A DNA stretch of 62,948 bases, the filler included. It is 14 parts of 14 records of this genome, joined end to end, with 100 filler letters (N's around TTAATTAATTAA, not from the genome) between each part and the next. Parts side by side here need not be neighbours in the genome. Positions count along the whole stretch, not along the records: positions 59,787 to 62,948 come from SRR15195285_7723; 13 more parts are not named here. One strand, given 5' to 3'. This document shows positions 59,787 through 62,948 of the stretch, piece by piece. The notes under the pieces are model-generated. The model did no database searches. It was not told the DNA's origin and saw only the letters and a program-made list of their open reading frames with translations. How positions within the stretch are numbered: position 1 is the stretch's first letter; each line of letters begins with the position of its first letter. Both the position numbers and the translations under genes were made by a program.

Positions 59787-62633
59787 TGCAGATGGCCTGG
59801 AATGTACGGCTTGTCCCGCTGGAAAGCAGCCAGACAATAGCAAGGAGAGGTGTGATGGTTGCCACGACTCTGGTCCTAATGCCTATTCACCCGACGGTAT
59901 TGAGTGCAAAGCCTGCCCCACAAGACACACCCCTAGCTACGACCGAACTCGCTGCTTTTGCCAAACCAACACGTACAGTGCAATTGCTTTGGGCACTATT
60001 CGCTGCAGAGGCGAATCGTTCAGGTATACTGGCATAGACGAGGACGAATGTGCTGTATGTCCGCCCTGCATGGATTGCACCAAATCGGGGGAAACAAAGC
60101 TGAAGAGTGGATGGACTTTCTTCGGAGCGCAGGGTGATGCATACCACTGCCCAGGGGCAGACACGTTCGAAGCCTGCCCACCTCTTTTGCTCAACAGCTC
60201 GACCACCTTGGATGAGAGCACGTGCGCCAAAGGGTACGACGGCCCGTTGTGTGGAAACTGCGACGTGGACTGGAACCATTTGAAAACTGGGAATGAGTGC
60301 AGCGCTTGCAGCGATGGTGTTATCAATGTCCCTCTCATGTTCGTCCTGTTTTTAGCAAGCATCATCATGGCGATAGCAACGGTTAGCGGCGGTCTCAGTA
60401 TTTTATCAGACAATGGTGTCCTCACCGATCTTCGGATCATCATTGGCTTTTGTAAGTTGCTCAACGTCATCCGCGTCTCTCGTTGCCAACTGCGATTTTG
60501 AAGTCAATTACTGACCAGGCTTTCTGCATCATCACCCACAGATCAAATTTTGGGCCAAGCTGGTACAGTCCTCGATTTGAACTTTACCTACCCGATTTCA
60601 AATCTCATTAGCCTGGTCAAGCTGCTGTTCCTAGATGTTCGAAACATCATTCGCCTAGACTGCTTTGAAATGGGCGGATTTGGTGGAAAGCTCGCGACAA
60701 ATCTAGTCGTTGTGCCCGCCATAATTGGCGGCATATGCCTCTTAGTTTACATGCAGCAGCGACGCACACTGACAGCACTTATAGCAGCAGGTGCATCCGA
60801 TGAATCTGGACTCCATGTCTTGCAAGTAGAACTGAAGCACCGGCTAATGATTGGCATATTCTTAGTCTGTAAGCGACCACTCCGTGCTTTTCAATTTTCA
60901 TGCCTATGGTTTATCCGTACTAATCCAGCGCTATGGCGTAGATCCCACCATTTGCACGACTCTCTTCCGGGTTCCGCAGTGCAAAGACTACGGAGATTTC
61001 TCTTTTCATGAAGACGATTACCGGATCGACTGCTCGACGACATATTTCAAGCTAGTGTCGGCATTTGCTATATGCACGATTATACTGATCCCATTCGGAG
61101 TGCCAGCTTTGTTCATGTACTTCATGCTGCGAGCCAAACAGAGGCTTGGTGGCACTGTGAACGAGACGCAGCTAGGCGGAGCAAAGCTCGTGGCAGACGA
61201 TGTAGACGACGAATCTGATGTGTACGGCTTCCTAATTGCCGACTGTAAGTTACTCCACATCGACCGCATCTCTCGTTGCAAATCGCAATCTTGACATCGA
61301 TAATCTGACACGGCTTACGCTGCATCATCACAGATCGACCAGATTCGTGGTACCATGAGATTGTGGTCTACTCAAGAAAGCTCATGCTCGGTGGCGTTTC
61401 CATCATCATGGGAAGAGGCACGATGGCCCAAACATGTAAGCCACTCCTGCTCGGTCTGTCTGTCGACCATTTGTCCTAATAATATGACCCATCAGGCACG
61501 GTTGGTGTGCACAGATTTTATAATTTGCGTAGAGGCGTGCTACCTGATGCATCACATGAGAACATTTCCATTCATCAGCTACAAACACAACGTTATCGAA
61601 GGGATTGGTCACGTGGCGTTGATGCTACTGTACACGGTCACGCTGATCATGCGCGTTGACAACCCAGAATATTGGGGCGCTGAGTGGTTCCCGAAGACCG
61701 GTGAGAGCATTTCAACGGTGGAATTCCACAACTGCCACACATGGTGCTCACCTCAGTTAGGAAATTTTGCGCTAAACGCTGGTGCCTTATTTGCTAGGAT
61801 ATTCGTGGTTTATCGTCTTCATGTTCGCTGTTCTGCTGCCATTTCCCACGATCTGGTATCAGTACAAGCAACGTAAGGTGACGCGTAATCAGCAAGACGA
61901 AAAAGAATTCGGTGAGACGAACAACCCGCTCGCCGATGACTTGGGTACTGCCTCTCCACCGCACGAGACCAACGTGGTGAAGATGGCTGCGCGTGCGAAT
62001 CAAGCCAAGATGCAGCGCGAAGCGCAGAAGGCAGAGGCGGATAATCGAAAACTACGCGCTCAAGTGGAACTGCTACAAAATAAGTTGCGTGCGGCAGTTG
62101 CTTCCACGCCAACTCCAGCCTTCTCTGAAGGTCTATTTGATGGCCACAACGACTCCGAGGACCCCACACCAAGCATACCGACACAGGAATTGATTGTGAA
62201 GAAGCTAGTAGAGGATGAAATGCTGAGCGACGAGACTCGAGAATCTGCAAAGAAAGCTCTCGATGTGCTCGCAACATCAACGATTCAGTCTCTTGAGGCT
62301 CAATTCGTGACGCGAACGTCACTGGCCCAACAAGACCTCGAGATCGCCAAGCAGAGGCAAGCGATCGTGGCGGAGAAACGCTCGGAGGTCGAAGCCTCTG
62401 CCACAAAGGAGATGACAGAATGGCTCGCACACCATCGCTTGCTACGGTTCGTGGACGTGATAGCTAGGGTCGCCGGGCCAGATTCTTCCCCGGGGGACCT
62501 GCAGTACCTCACCGAAAGCGACGTCCAAGAGATCGGTAGCGAAATGACTAACATTGAGAAGCGTCGAATGCAAGAGGGGTTGCGAGCCCTTGCGCCGACC
62601 CTACAACCACAGCCGGAGCCACAGGCTGAGTAA
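59787..62633 (+). CDS. Cys-rich ectodomain, multi-pass TM region, coiled coil and SAM domain; 5' partial
   Basis: Removing introns 60452-60541, 60869-60941, 61245-61333, 61436-61514 and 61701-61797 restores a continuous frame (IIGFYQIL, FLVYPTIC, IADYRPDSWYHEIVVYSRK). C-terminal EWLAHHRL...DLQYLTESDVQEIG...IEKRR is SAM-like. Confidence 0.85.
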
Positions 62634-62794
62634 CCGATCACTCCTCATATCGGCCGTGAACTTTCTACACAATTGTAGTTGTTGGGATCGTCCGTAGCAC
62701 TGACGCAAAGCAACGAACAAAGCAACGGAATGCTGATGTGAAAATGGTTCGAATAAATCACTTGTGTATCTATTTTCCCGACCCAAAGATATAC

Positions 62795-62948
62795 ATGGAA
62801 GAGTTTACCTTGGGCGAGTTAGGTGTGTTTCTGGGAGTGGTTGGCGGTATTATGAACAGCGTGCTCCTGATCTTTCAGAAGAGTAAGTGTGCAAACATGA
62901 CCCATTACATGACCCATTTGAAAGGCGCGAGAACGTTCTACGGCTCCA
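62795..62948 (+). CDS. Small single-TM ORF (MEEFTLGELGVFLGVVGGIMNSVLLIFQKSKC...), runs off the window
   Basis: ATG in an AT-rich context, a hydrophobic helix, then KSKC. Not in the supplied ORF track. Confidence 0.35.
   Translation, partial: MEEFTLGELGVFLGVVGGIMNSVLLIFQKSKCANMTHYMTHLKGARTFYGS

Noticed and set aside
1-62948. CRISPR array, prokaryotic operon, or intact transposase/reverse transcriptase
   Set aside because: No repeat-spacer array, the genes have spliceosomal introns, and no ORF shows DDE, RT or integrase motifs.

Overview
This is not one contiguous locus. It is 14 short contigs of a eukaryotic (protist) draft assembly, concatenated with 13 artificial 100-nt linkers (N44-TTAATTAATTAA-N44), so gene neighbourhoods across linkers are meaningless. 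The DNA is gene-dense, with short (~70-200 nt) GT-AG introns. Recognisable content: U6 snRNA; PDCD2; JMJD4; the RRP9 3' exon; a 3R-MYB; a DTC/oxoglutarate-type mitochondrial carrier; a bacterial-type IlvD/Edd dehydratase; two PhyH-type dioxygenase genes; an UNC-93-like MFS transporter; a UIM/AN1 zinc-finger protein; a PDZ-TBC-SH3b RabGAP; a secreted beta-helix glycan-active protein; a WD40-TRP channel fusion; and several large Cys-rich/EGF or GPCR-containing multi-pass membrane proteins. The most striking unexplained signal is in the introns, which look recently generated by several mechanisms: two homologous introns in one gene, with four successive introns all inserted at T|AT (60452-61514); twin homologous introns flanking a 13-nt micro-exon that encodes a catalytic HxD (35620-35799); an intron built mostly from an inverted copy of its own gene's upstream exon (53092-53180); an intron with a duplicated donor; and an intron with inverted ends. 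The overall style recalls Picozoa single-cell assemblies, but that is unverified inference. All gene models were spliced by eye.
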